52,138 nucleotides of DNA, taken from the NCBI GenBank assembly GCA_022566015.1, contig JADFJT010000003.1, positions 1 to 52,138 of the forward strand. The letters are read 5' to 3'. The DNA is from Pseudomonadota bacterium (GTDB lineage Bacteria; Pseudomonadota; Gammaproteobacteria; GCA-001735895). Position numbers and translations under genes: made by a program. The notes beneath the pieces are model-generated. The model searched no databases, was not told the origin of the DNA, and was given only the letters and a program-made list of their open reading frames with translations. Positions 18,453-27,552 of this stretch are shown one piece after another (the first letter of the stretch is position 1; the number at the start of each line of letters is the position of its first letter).

Positions 18453-19172
18453 TCAGGTCTGGTGGAGCACCAATCCGCCGAGGCCAGAAATATCGTCTAA
18501 CACAATATCCGCTATCTCCTCTAGCTCGCCCCGGGTACTGGCTCCGGTGAGTACGCCGACGCAAAGGCCAGCATCGGCATTTTTCCCCATTTCTATATCG
18601 TGGCGATTGTCGCCGACCACGATTACTTCGGCGGGTTCCAGCGAAAATTCGTCGCAAAATGCCATTACCATTCCGGGGTCGGGTTTGACCCCGTGGCCGC
18701 TATCGTAGCCGCAGAGGAAGTCGAACACAGAAATCACGTCAAATGATTGCAAGGTACTAAGGATACCCTGATAGCTGTCGCTAGTGGCCACTCCGAGTTT
18801 GAGCCCGGCCTGTTTCAGTTCCCGCAAAGTGGTTTGCAGGCCATTGACTGGGGTCGAGTGGAGTGCCCCCTGTTGCTGGAATAAATGGTTTAATCGGGTG
18901 CAGATGGCCTCGATTTGCGCTTCGTTCTCGATTCCGGGCAAATGCTTTGACCAGGCGATACCGATTTCTCGGTTATTTCCGGCAGCTAGCAACGAGCCAC
19001 CAATTATACGGTCGGTTTCAAGATCGTAACCATGCTGACTCAGCAATTCATCGGCTAGTTGCTGATCGTTGTTGCTTACTGCAAGGGCGGAGAACCGGTA
19101 AACAGGTAGCCAGGTTGCGTGGAAGTCGATCAGTGTTCCATCCTTATCGAAAACGACACCTTTGTATCTCAT
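18453..19172 (-). CDS. HAD-superfamily phosphatase (phosphoglycolate phosphatase-like)
   Basis: FDKDGTL, ATSD, KPDPG, VGDN.HD motifs I-IV. Confidence 0.85.
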   Translation of the reverse strand: MRYKGVVFDKDGTLIDFHATWLPVYRFSALAVSNNDQQLADELLSQHGYDLETDRIIGGSLLAAGNNREIGIAWSKHLPGIENEAQIEAICTRLNHLFQQQGALHSTPVNGLQTTLRELKQAGLKLGVATSDSYQGILSTLQSFDVISVFDFLCGYDSGHGVKPDPGMVMAFCDEFSLEPAEVIVVGDNRHDIEMGKNADAGLCVGVLTGASTRGELEEIADIVLDDISGLGGLVLHQT

Positions 19173-19203
19173 AAGTCGTCACCGCCTTCGGGAAGTATTC
19201 GAG

Positions 19204-19758
19204 TTATAGCAGTAATAGTGATTCGAGTTTTTCTCTATAGCTTCCAACCGGTTTGATATCAAGACCGGCCACCTTGCCATCGTCATCGTAGAGACGGACT
19301 TTTATCGCCGCCCGGTGGTGATAATTTGCTTTAAAAATCTCGATCTCCGCTTTTTCCATCGGTCCGCCCTGAACCTGTAGTGATTGTTTAGATGCCGAGG
19401 ACAGATTTTCGAAATAATGGTCATCGACCGCGCACAGGTACTTCTTCGCTGCAACATGCAAGCGGATCGGTTCTGTGACGGATGACGGATAGTATGGCTC
19501 AAGAAACTTGGCGCCGATCTCCTGATGGCGATTGTCGATGCCATTTTCCAGCGAATCGATCGGAAAATCGCCGACAAAATGGCCGATATCATGTAGTAAT
19601 GCGGCGATCACCATGTCGTCGGGCGCGGCATCGACTACCGCACAGGCCGCCGATTGCTCCATGTGTTGCGCCATACTCACCGACTCACCCATATATTCTT
19701 CCGCGCCACGCTGGGCGAATAAATCGAGTATGAATTCTACAATAGTATCGCGATTCAT
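19204..19758 (-). CDS. HD-domain di-iron oxygenase, PhnZ/TmpB-like
   Basis: EEYMGESVSMAQHMEQSA, AALLHDIGH, DNRH, IRLHVAAKKYLCA, LS.AS..SL..QGGPM, R.YDD.GK. Confidence 0.8.
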   Translation of the reverse strand: MNRDTIVEFILDLFAQRGAEEYMGESVSMAQHMEQSAACAVVDAAPDDMVIAALLHDIGHFVGDFPIDSLENGIDNRHQEIGAKFLEPYYPSSVTEPIRLHVAAKKYLCAVDDHYFENLSSASKQSLQVQGGPMEKAEIEIFKANYHHRAAIKVRLYDDDGKVAGLDIKPVGSYREKLESLLLL

Positions 19759-19761
19759 CGA

Positions 19762-21057
19762 TTATAAAGTGCCCTGTTTTAGCGATGTGTCGATAATAAT
19801 TTCGATTAATTCAAAATTGGACTCGGCGCTGATGTCTTCAAAATAAACCGTGCCAGGCCAGGGGGGCTCTCTTAACTCATATCCGTTTTTCGCTATGGCT
19901 CTGGCAACCGTTTTAATCGCATCTACGTATTCGATGGTCATTGCCTCGATTTCTTTTTTTGCGATATCGAGATCAGCAATACTGTTACGGTCGACCTGGG
20001 TAGCACCTATGCCTATAAAGAGTGGAATATTGGACTCAATGGCCTGGTCTACGTAAAAAGATACCGGTGTTCGATCTTCGGCGAGACGAATCACAAAATC
20101 GGGGCAAACGCTATTTTTTAATTTATATAACTCAATCAGGCTCAATGGCTCTGAGTCACTTTTTTTGGGGCTCTTGCGCCGTCTGGATGAAGAGTGACCC
20201 TTGTTAGCCCGGGTCACATAGTCCCCACGGTAATTGGCATCGTAGACGCGATTCCCCCAGGGATTGCCAGCAATTATTCGTTGAGTGGATCGGATAGCTA
20301 CATTTTTACAGTTTTGGGGGCCAATAAAAAAGGGCGAACCAGAGGCATCACTCAGCTCGACCCATCCGTCGGGGTACTGATTGAAAAAATGATCCATCCA
20401 GGGCTCTAGAACGGTGTCGCTCAGGTGATCGAGGAATCTATTAACGAAATCGGGCTCATGGGTCAGGGCGGTGATTATTTGTTCCTGCCCAAAGATATCC
20501 GCTGCAAGGCTATAAGCTGCAGTCAAATGTAAGACAGGATTTAGCCCGGTTAAACGCTGATAACAGGCTGATATTTCATCCAGCAGCCTGGGTATGCCAG
20601 CGTTCATATCGGGAGTGGCTATATCTTGCCAGTTGTCGGCATTGGCTAGTGGCTTATCTGGATCCGTACCAGGAGAATACTGATCCGAGTAAATCATTTC
20701 CTGGCCCAGGGCTTCCGCAGTAAATCCATAAACTGGCCAGCTGATATAAAGCTTGGGCATACCCAGTATCTTTTGAGTCATTAACGATGTTCGTACGAAA
20801 CGCTCGGGGTCCTGCTTATAATATTCTGCAGCTGTCAGACCATATAGGCGGTGCATTATCGTTAGTGTCATCAAATCCACGGGACCCGAAACAGGAACCG
20901 CGTCTTGCGAAGCTGGCCACTTGAAAATCTCGTCGTACTGTCCCTTTAAGGCACCATCCATAATTTCCATCAGGCGTTTTACTGCCTCAGGATCACCCGC
21001 TTGCCAGCCCGCCAACAAACGAATACCCGCTGGAAAATTCAATTCTTCAATTGGCAT
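19762..21057 (-). CDS. Uroporphyrinogen decarboxylase-like / MtaA-type corrinoid methyltransferase-superfamily protein (divergent)
   Basis: YGFTAEALGQEM.YSD...PG...PL, AAYSLAADIFG.EQII.AL..EPDFV...LD, and SDASGS..FIGP match URO-D/MtaA-family segments. ATG 21057 with GAGG RBS. Confidence 0.6.
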   Translation of the reverse strand: MPIEELNFPAGIRLLAGWQAGDPEAVKRLMEIMDGALKGQYDEIFKWPASQDAVPVSGPVDLMTLTIMHRLYGLTAAEYYKQDPERFVRTSLMTQKILGMPKLYISWPVYGFTAEALGQEMIYSDQYSPGTDPDKPLANADNWQDIATPDMNAGIPRLLDEISACYQRLTGLNPVLHLTAAYSLAADIFGQEQIITALTHEPDFVNRFLDHLSDTVLEPWMDHFFNQYPDGWVELSDASGSPFFIGPQNCKNVAIRSTQRIIAGNPWGNRVYDANYRGDYVTRANKGHSSSRRRKSPKKSDSEPLSLIELYKLKNSVCPDFVIRLAEDRTPVSFYVDQAIESNIPLFIGIGATQVDRNSIADLDIAKKEIEAMTIEYVDAIKTVARAIAKNGYELREPPWPGTVYFEDISAESNFELIEIIIDTSLKQGTL

Positions 21058-21116
21058 TATTATTTTGCCTCGATGCCTGGTCTGCAACCGATTCTAAATT
21101 GATAGGAGGCCAATGG

Positions 21117-23651
21117 CTAGCACAGAATCTTTTCCCGATTCGGATCGTAGATTGCTCCTTTCACTATCGATGCTGGACTCCGCTTACCGAAAGCCTGGAC
21201 GCTAAAATCACTGTGGGAGAATACGTCGACTGGCAGGTAACCGAGAACCAGACTCTTGCCGACAGAGTACCCGAAGTTCCCACTGGTTGTTTGAGCAACA
21301 ACCTTATCACCGCAAAAAATAGCTTCACCACCAAACACCGGCAAAGGATCATCAAGAGCAAGGCATGCAAGCTTTTGCTGTACACCCTCCTGCTTGATTT
21401 TGGTAAGGGCCTCCGCCCCAATAAAGCCACCCTTGTCCCAGTCGATAAGAAACTGCAATCCAGCCTCGAAAGGATTATAGTCAGGAGTAATGTCGAGACC
21501 CCACGCGAGATACCGCTTTTCCAGGCGCAGGCTGTCGATTGCTCGGTAACCGATATTGGTGATACCAAATTCTTCGCCAGCCCGCTGTAATTCCTCGTAT
21601 GCATACTGAAGGTACTCAGACGGGATATAGAGTTCCCATCCCAGTTCACCGATAAAGGTAACCCGGTAGGCGAGGGCGGGCGCATATCCGATCCTGATAT
21701 CCTTCGCTGCCATAAACGGGAAGGCTTCGTGGCTCAAATCTTCGTCGCAAACTTTCTGCAATACCCTACGTGCCAGCGGGCCGGCGAGATTTATCACGCC
21801 ATGCGCCGAGGTGATGTCGCGCAGTTCTACCTGTTTGAATCCAGGTGAATTCGATCGAATCGCCTGTTCGCCGGATTGAATCCATTGTTCTCCCGATCGG
21901 GCCCATTGTTTATCGCTATTACGCCTGGAATTGCTGCGTTGATCGTGATTGCTTTGAAGGTGGCTTTCAATCCAGTGTCTGTCGCGGACACCGAAGCCGG
22001 ACCCGGTGATCAGCCAGAAACAATTTTCTGAACGCCGTATGATGGTCACATCGGCCTCGATGCCGCCCCGCTCATTGCATAACTGCGTATAGGTTGCTCC
22101 CCCCGGTTCTTTATCGACATTCGCCACAGCGAGGTATTGTAAAAATTGGCAGGCCTGGGGGCCGCTGATCTCGAATTTGGTAAATGAGGACATATCGATC
22201 AGGACAACGCCCTCGCGCGCAGCCCGATGTTCGCGACCAACAGTAATGTCCTCCTGCGGCCGGTCGAACCCGAAGACGTCACGCTGCGGGATATCACCAG
22301 AGGCGAACCAGTTGGCTCGCTCCCAGCCAAATTTCGATCCGAAAACAGCACCCTGGTCTTTCAAAGTTTGATAGAGGGGACTGCGGCGCACACCACGGGC
22401 TGATTCCAGTTCCTCTCCCGGCCAGTGGATTGCGTAGTACTTGCTGTAGCTTTCGACCGCTCGGTCGTGCAGAAACCGCCGGCCAGCGTGTAAGGGTCCA
22501 AAGCGGCGAATATCGAAAGGCCATAGATCAAGGCCTGGATCGCCTTCGAGAATCCAGTTGGCTACGGCCTTTCCAGCGCCACCCGATGCGGCTATGCCGG
22601 AGGTGAATGCGCAAGCGCTAAAGAAATTAGTCAGCCCGGGAACCGGGCCCATGATTGGCTCACCATCGGGAGAGATGGGTATAGGTCCATTGACGATAGT
22701 ACGCATACCGAGTTCAGCCAGAATAGGAATGCGCCGCATCGCAGGTTCGAAAAATTCTTCCAGTCGATCCATATCGCCGTCAAACAGATGGCGCTCGTTT
22801 TGCCATGGAAAACCCTCCCTGGGATTGACGGTACTGGTTTGCCTTTCCCAGCCCCCAATGGCTAGCGCACCCGGTTCCGGTTTGACATAGAAACCACCGT
22901 CCGGGTCGCGTAGCGCCGGTAGACCAGCAGGGATCAGGTCGGATTTTTCGGTCACAAGGTACTGATGCTCGACCACGCCCGCAGGGATTTCAACCCCGGC
23001 CATCCACCCGACCTGGCGCGCCCAAAGACCCGCCGCATTGACCACTGTTTCCACTTCGATGTTGCCCTGCTCGGTGACCACCTGGGTTATTCGATTGCCG
23101 TTGCGCAGCAGATTTTTGACCATCACGCCTTCGAAGATTCTGCCTCCGTTGGCGCGGGTGCCTTTCGCATAGGCCTGGGTCAGGCTGTTCGGGTCGATGT
23201 ATCCGTCTGCCGGGATGAAAGCGGCGCCGACTAAATCACCGGTTTCGATCAATGGGTATAAATCACGCGCCTCGTTTGGTGTGAGCAGGTTCATTTCAAA
23301 CCCTACCGACTGTGCGGCGGAATAAGACTTGAGAAGCTCCTTCCAGCGGTCTTCGGTTTGCGCCAGCCTGAGGCTGCCGAATTTGTGCCAGTCGATTTCC
23401 TGCCCGGTTTCTTCGGCCAGCACGTCGAATAATTTGACACTGTCGTTCATCAGACTCATCAGGTTCTGCTGCGAACGAAACTGCCCCACCAGCCCGGCCG
23501 CATGCCAGGTAGCGCCCTCGGTCAGACGTGACTTTTCAAGCAGCACGACATCCTTCTCGCCGGAACGAGTCAGGTGATACGCGATGCTGGTGCCAATTAC
23601 GCCACCGCCAATGACGACGATGCGGGCACTAGTCGGAAGTGATGTCGACAT
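21117..23651 (-). CDS. GcvT-family FAD-dependent demethylating dehydrogenase (dimethylglycine/sarcosine dehydrogenase-like)
   Basis: IGGGVIG, GATWHAAG, NAAGLWA, GWERANWF, DMSSFTK, GELGWELY, SLRLEK, P.EAGL. Confidence 0.9.
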   Translation of the reverse strand: MSTSLPTSARIVVIGGGVIGTSIAYHLTRSGEKDVVLLEKSRLTEGATWHAAGLVGQFRSQQNLMSLMNDSVKLFDVLAEETGQEIDWHKFGSLRLAQTEDRWKELLKSYSAAQSVGFEMNLLTPNEARDLYPLIETGDLVGAAFIPADGYIDPNSLTQAYAKGTRANGGRIFEGVMVKNLLRNGNRITQVVTEQGNIEVETVVNAAGLWARQVGWMAGVEIPAGVVEHQYLVTEKSDLIPAGLPALRDPDGGFYVKPEPGALAIGGWERQTSTVNPREGFPWQNERHLFDGDMDRLEEFFEPAMRRIPILAELGMRTIVNGPIPISPDGEPIMGPVPGLTNFFSACAFTSGIAASGGAGKAVANWILEGDPGLDLWPFDIRRFGPLHAGRRFLHDRAVESYSKYYAIHWPGEELESARGVRRSPLYQTLKDQGAVFGSKFGWERANWFASGDIPQRDVFGFDRPQEDITVGREHRAAREGVVLIDMSSFTKFEISGPQACQFLQYLAVANVDKEPGGATYTQLCNERGGIEADVTIIRRSENCFWLITGSGFGVRDRHWIESHLQSNHDQRSNSRRNSDKQWARSGEQWIQSGEQAIRSNSPGFKQVELRDITSAHGVINLAGPLARRVLQKVCDEDLSHEAFPFMAAKDIRIGYAPALAYRVTFIGELGWELYIPSEYLQYAYEELQRAGEEFGITNIGYRAIDSLRLEKRYLAWGLDITPDYNPFEAGLQFLIDWDKGGFIGAEALTKIKQEGVQQKLACLALDDPLPVFGGEAIFCGDKVVAQTTSGNFGYSVGKSLVLGYLPVDVFSHSDFSVQAFGKRSPASIVKGAIYDPNREKILC
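21853..21915 (-). repeat. Degenerate 21-bp x3 coding tandem repeat inside an insertion in the GcvT-family gene
   Basis: GATCGAATCGCCTGTTCGCCG / GATTGAATCCATTGTTCTCCC / GATCGGGCCCATTGTTTATCG, encoding DKQWARS-GEQWIQS-GEQAIRS. Confidence 0.6.
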
Positions 23652-23660
23652 GAATCTGTT

Positions 23661-25202
23661 TTACGGGGATGAATTTTCCGTTTTTTTGTGTTTGCGCCGA
23701 CGACGACTAGGGCGTCGTTCACGCACTGGAACATTTCTGCCAATGTCTAAACGCTTCCATCCTTCCTGAAGCATCGCGTCACCCGCGACCAGGCCTTCGA
23801 ATTCGGCGCGGATACGGGCATCGACATCGGGTTCAAATACGGCGGTATTTGGAACGGAAAGAATATCAAACACCTTGTTCATCGCCCGTTGATGAATAGT
23901 CGAACTTCCCTCTAGCTCCCAATGCTCGCGTATCTTCCTGTCAGCCAGTTCGGGCAAAAAGGTAGACGTGTGCATGCGTTCCAGGGTCGCAGGATTTGCC
24001 GCGAACAGGCCCGCCGGGCCGGTTTCCTTGATTTCCTCCAGTGAGGCGGATTCTTTGGAGAATCCAAATCCGTCGCGCACTCGTTTAATCATCATTGCAA
24101 TTTCATTATCGATTGCAGCCTGACCGAAGTCGAACGACATCAACGCGTCCTGCAGGCCTCCCATAACGATAAAATCTACTCCCGACAGTGCTCCCATTAG
24201 CGGTGACATGCCTTTTTCGAAACCAGACTGGGCATCGGAGACCTTGGAATTGGTCAGACCGAGATATCCACCCGCAGGTACATTATAAAAACGTGCCATT
24301 TGGCAAACGGTCGAATTCATCATGCCAATTTCGATCGCACCCGGCGCATATGCGCCATCTCGCATATCGGCAAAGACAGGGAGGAAATTAAATATTTGAG
24401 CCGTTCCCGCTTTGGACATCTGTGCCAGCGTCGCGGCTGCCAGCCATTCGGCGTTCATGATGACCAACATGCCGGATAGTGTCAGCGGAGTGCTCAGTCC
24501 ACCCATCGGCGCGATCGTGCCGTAAGCAGTAATACCCTTTTCGGCGAAGTACATCAGCGTATCGGTGCTATCGAAATCCATGGTTAAGGGCGAGACTATC
24601 GAGCAGTATCCGAAATTGATAAATGGCCGCTCCCAGAAGGCTTCTTTAGACCCTGCGATCAATTCACCCAGTTTGATCACCTGATCGGCTTCGCGGACAT
24701 TGTAAACAGAAGTCCGGACGGGTTTGACGCAATTCTTCAGTGCCGTATAAAATCGGGTCAGACTGAATTGATCCCTGGGGGCATCGTCGGCGAGGGTGGA
24801 GATCGAAAACAGATCGAAGCCCGGTAGCTCGTTGACCAGATGGGCGATACGCGCAATATCGTCGGATCTAGCACGGCGTGTCACCCCAGTCACGGGGTCG
24901 ACAATGTCCGGCGCCGAGCTTGCGGTTGCGATGACCGGTAGTTTGCGGGGAAAGGTAATATCGAATGCGGGGTCTCGACCGCGCAGGGTAATAGTCGGAG
25001 GCACCAGGGCGCGGTACTTTTCGACAATCTTTGAGGGGATGCGCACCATCTCGGTTTCGTGATCGACAATCGCACCATGCTGTGCGAATCGTTTCCTTGC
25101 TTTTTCGTTACGAACCAGCAGGCCGACTTCCTCAAGAATTTCGAGCGAAGACTCGTGTACGTAGCGGATATCCTCGTCAGTCAGGTAGCTAAAAAAGTTC
25201 AT
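23661..25202 (-). CDS. Trimethylamine methyltransferase (MttB) superfamily, non-pyrrolysine (MtgB-like quaternary-amine:corrinoid methyltransferase)
   Basis: HESSLEILEEVG, SIVSPL.MD, DMRDG...GAIE, QMARFYNVP, GLTNSKVSDAQSGFEK, IDNEIA; no in-frame amber codon. Confidence 0.9.
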   Translation of the reverse strand: MNFFSYLTDEDIRYVHESSLEILEEVGLLVRNEKARKRFAQHGAIVDHETEMVRIPSKIVEKYRALVPPTITLRGRDPAFDITFPRKLPVIATASSAPDIVDPVTGVTRRARSDDIARIAHLVNELPGFDLFSISTLADDAPRDQFSLTRFYTALKNCVKPVRTSVYNVREADQVIKLGELIAGSKEAFWERPFINFGYCSIVSPLTMDFDSTDTLMYFAEKGITAYGTIAPMGGLSTPLTLSGMLVIMNAEWLAAATLAQMSKAGTAQIFNFLPVFADMRDGAYAPGAIEIGMMNSTVCQMARFYNVPAGGYLGLTNSKVSDAQSGFEKGMSPLMGALSGVDFIVMGGLQDALMSFDFGQAAIDNEIAMMIKRVRDGFGFSKESASLEEIKETGPAGLFAANPATLERMHTSTFLPELADRKIREHWELEGSSTIHQRAMNKVFDILSVPNTAVFEPDVDARIRAEFEGLVAGDAMLQEGWKRLDIGRNVPVRERRPSRRRRKHKKTENSSP

Positions 25203-25288
25203 CGCACAGGTATCCAGAGCTAGTTTTTGGTGCGGAAACTTTAGGTAGCCTCCTGACTTGCGTCAAACAATAAATACTGTCACCATGT

Positions 25289-25303
25289 ATAAGTAAATCT
25301 TAT
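25289..25303. promoter_or_regulatory. LysR T-N11-A operator
   Basis: ATAAG-TAAAT-CTTAT palindrome between the divergent mttB and lysR genes. Confidence 0.55.
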
Positions 25304-25317
25304 TCGAAAATAAGCAC

Positions 25318-26205
25318 TTGCGACGTCCCCGACTCAATATTCTACGCACCTTCGAAGCCGCTGGCCGACGCCTGAGTTTCTCGCTGGCTGCCGACGATAT
25401 GAAGATTTCTCAGGCGGCAGTGAGCCAGCAGATGCGTCAGCTGGAGGCTTATCTGAGTACTCCCCTGTTCGTGCGGCATCACCGCCGCCTGTCCCTGACC
25501 AGCACCGGTCAGGCTTATCTGGAAGCGGTACACGAGGCGCTAGATCGACTCGATTCGGTGACCGATCGACTGTTCCCAGGCCGGCAAAATCAGACCGTAA
25601 CTCTGCGCTGTACATCGGTTGTAGCGACACTCTGGCTGGCACCACAACTTGGATCCCTGCAAAAGCTACATCCTGACATAGATTTGCGTATCAATACGCT
25701 CGATCAAGGCTATGACAGTCGAAGTTCCCCTACGACAGACCTGGAAATTTTCATACAAAGGCAAGGCGCTTCCAGCGTCTCTGCACAAAAACTGTTAACC
25801 TCGACGATAACACCAGTTTGTTCGCCCGATCTGTTTGCCGGTCGCCAGCGTCTCAATGAACCGGTTGATGTGCTGAGGCATCAATTGATTCATGTACTTG
25901 GCTACGACGATGACTGGCACCGATGGTTTCGCACCTATCGACTGAATGAAGTCAGCATCCCACGAGGGTTATCCGTTGACGGATCGTTAATCGCGATCGA
26001 GGCGGCGCAGCGGGGCGATGGAATAATGCTCGGCAGGCGTCCGTTTATCGACCGTCATTTGCAATCTGGAGAGTTGGTTGAAGCATTTGAAAAGCCGTTC
26101 CACCTCTATGCCGATTATTTTTTACGACTATCAACTCGGTCTACCGGACAGCGTGCGAGTAGCATAGTAGCGAAATGGATTACCGAATTAGCCGCGCGGG
26201 AATGA
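25318..26205 (+). CDS. LysR-family regulator, GcvA-like
   Basis: LN.LRTFEAAGRRLSFS.AA....SQAAVSQQ.RQLE; W..WF; G.LV..F. TTG start. Confidence 0.9.
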   Translation: MRRPRLNILRTFEAAGRRLSFSLAADDMKISQAAVSQQMRQLEAYLSTPLFVRHHRRLSLTSTGQAYLEAVHEALDRLDSVTDRLFPGRQNQTVTLRCTSVVATLWLAPQLGSLQKLHPDIDLRINTLDQGYDSRSSPTTDLEIFIQRQGASSVSAQKLLTSTITPVCSPDLFAGRQRLNEPVDVLRHQLIHVLGYDDDWHRWFRTYRLNEVSIPRGLSVDGSLIAIEAAQRGDGIMLGRRPFIDRHLQSGELVEAFEKPFHLYADYFLRLSTRSTGQRASSIVAKWITELAARE

Positions 26206-26252
26206 CGACGGTTAAAAACAGCAGATCGAGTCAGAGCCATCGTGCTCTTATA

Positions 26253-26735
26253 TTAATTTGTGAGGCTTTTGAGCGCATCGGATATCTGGTTCTGACTAAA
26301 CACCGAAATACCGTGACGTCTTAACAGCGCGGTCGTGACACCGATACCCGCACGGCTGTGGCCAGTAAAACTTCCGTCGTAAATCTGATGGCTGCCGCAG
26401 GAGGGGCTCGATTCAGTCAGTATGGCCACCTTAATCTGGTGTTGACGGCAGAGTTCGAGCGCCAGTTTTGCGCCACGCATAAATGCACTGGTGACATCTT
26501 TGCCCTGCGCTGTGCTAACCGTTGAAATCCCATCTACCACCGCAACGCCATCTCCATGTTGAATCTCGGCCGCGGCTCTTGGTATCGGGAGCCCTCCAGC
26601 GACTTCGGGACAAAATGAAATGATCCGGCCCTGCTTTGTTAATTCAATCAGGTCGGCATCGTTGGTCGCTTTGGATCGACCGTCGTAGCGGACCGGATCG
26701 CCGAGTAGGCAGGCGCTGACCAATACTTTGCGCAT
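26253..26735 (-). CDS. DUF523 / 2-thiouracil desulfurase-family Fe-S protein
   Basis: VSACLLG..VRYDG, CPEVAGGL.IPR, SPSCG, G.GVT.ALL. Confidence 0.85.
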   Translation of the reverse strand: MRKVLVSACLLGDPVRYDGRSKATNDADLIELTKQGRIISFCPEVAGGLPIPRAAAEIQHGDGVAVVDGISTVSTAQGKDVTSAFMRGAKLALELCRQHQIKVAILTESSPSCGSHQIYDGSFTGHSRAGIGVTTALLRRHGISVFSQNQISDALKSLTN

Positions 26736-26737
26736 GA

Positions 26738-27442
26738 TCAATAATGGCTTTTGCGTTCAACCGGTGAGTATAACGAGCTGTCGAGGAAGCTAGAAATATA
26801 ACCCTGGCGTTTCCATAGCAACTCACGGTATAACTCGGTGAAATTACTCACGGTCGAATTTTTTACCACTTCTTGCTGCAATAGATGATTTTTCCATTGG
26901 GTTATTTTGGGATGTCTTGCAGAGTCGAACATAGCCGGGCCAAGTTCCCCCAGACAGTGCAGGCGATGGAATAATGGAGCGTAGGAAGCGTCGACCATCG
27001 AAAATTCCGTACCGTTAAAATAAGGCTGCGGGTTTATAATCTCCTCAAGCTGGTCGAAGCGCTGATTTAAAACTTCCAGAACATCACCAAAGTTTTCTTT
27101 AGTCTCAGCAATGCTGAGTTCGAACGAATGAGTCATGCACGGGCCCGAAAACTCGATCCAGCTACGATTCTTGGCACGTTTTATCAGATCTGAAGGATGC
27201 AGTTTATTGGGGAAGGCTTCTTCGAGGAATTCATTGATGACGTTAGATTCGAAGATTACCTCTTTGTCCCACAGCAATAATGGTACCTTGCCAAAAGGGG
27301 ATATTTTCACAAACCAGTCAGCCGGATCGGCCAAATCGATGTATTCGATGTCGTAATCTATGTTTTTCTGGCGTAATACGATGACTGCTTTTTGTACAAA
27401 CGGGCATAGTTTGAAGCTGACCAGTTTTGGCTTGATGTTCAT
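26738..27442 (-). CDS. Glutathione S-transferase family protein
   Basis: SFKLCPFVQ, SPFGKVP, FESNVINEFL, FSMVD. Confidence 0.9.
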   Translation of the reverse strand: MNIKPKLVSFKLCPFVQKAVIVLRQKNIDYDIEYIDLADPADWFVKISPFGKVPLLLWDKEVIFESNVINEFLEEAFPNKLHPSDLIKRAKNRSWIEFSGPCMTHSFELSIAETKENFGDVLEVLNQRFDQLEEIINPQPYFNGTEFSMVDASYAPLFHRLHCLGELGPAMFDSARHPKITQWKNHLLQQEVVKNSTVSNFTELYRELLWKRQGYISSFLDSSLYSPVERKSHY

Positions 27443-27526
27443 GGAGTGATTACGCCATTTATTAAATTATCCTGATGACAGCTTATCACGCTGGTCGATT
27501 CCGGTGCAGCAAAGCTGTCTTTGTAC

Positions 27527-27552
27527 AATATTCAACCAAATGGTTGAATATT
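27527..27552. promoter_or_regulatory. ArsR operator, perfect 12-2-12 inverted repeat
   Basis: AATATTCAACCA-AA-TGGTTGAATATT directly abutting the arsR ATG at 27553. Confidence 0.75.

Noticed and set aside
21051-21685. Long alternative ORFs (179 aa +, 173 aa -) over the gcvT 3' end; likewise 48998..49537 and 18157..18657
   Set aside because: Shadow frames of well-supported genes, with no motifs or RBS.
23661-25202. Pyrrolysine recoding in the MttB homologue
   Set aside because: The ORF is uninterrupted and the Pyl-equivalent position appears to be Leu (GLTNSK); no pyl genes in the window.
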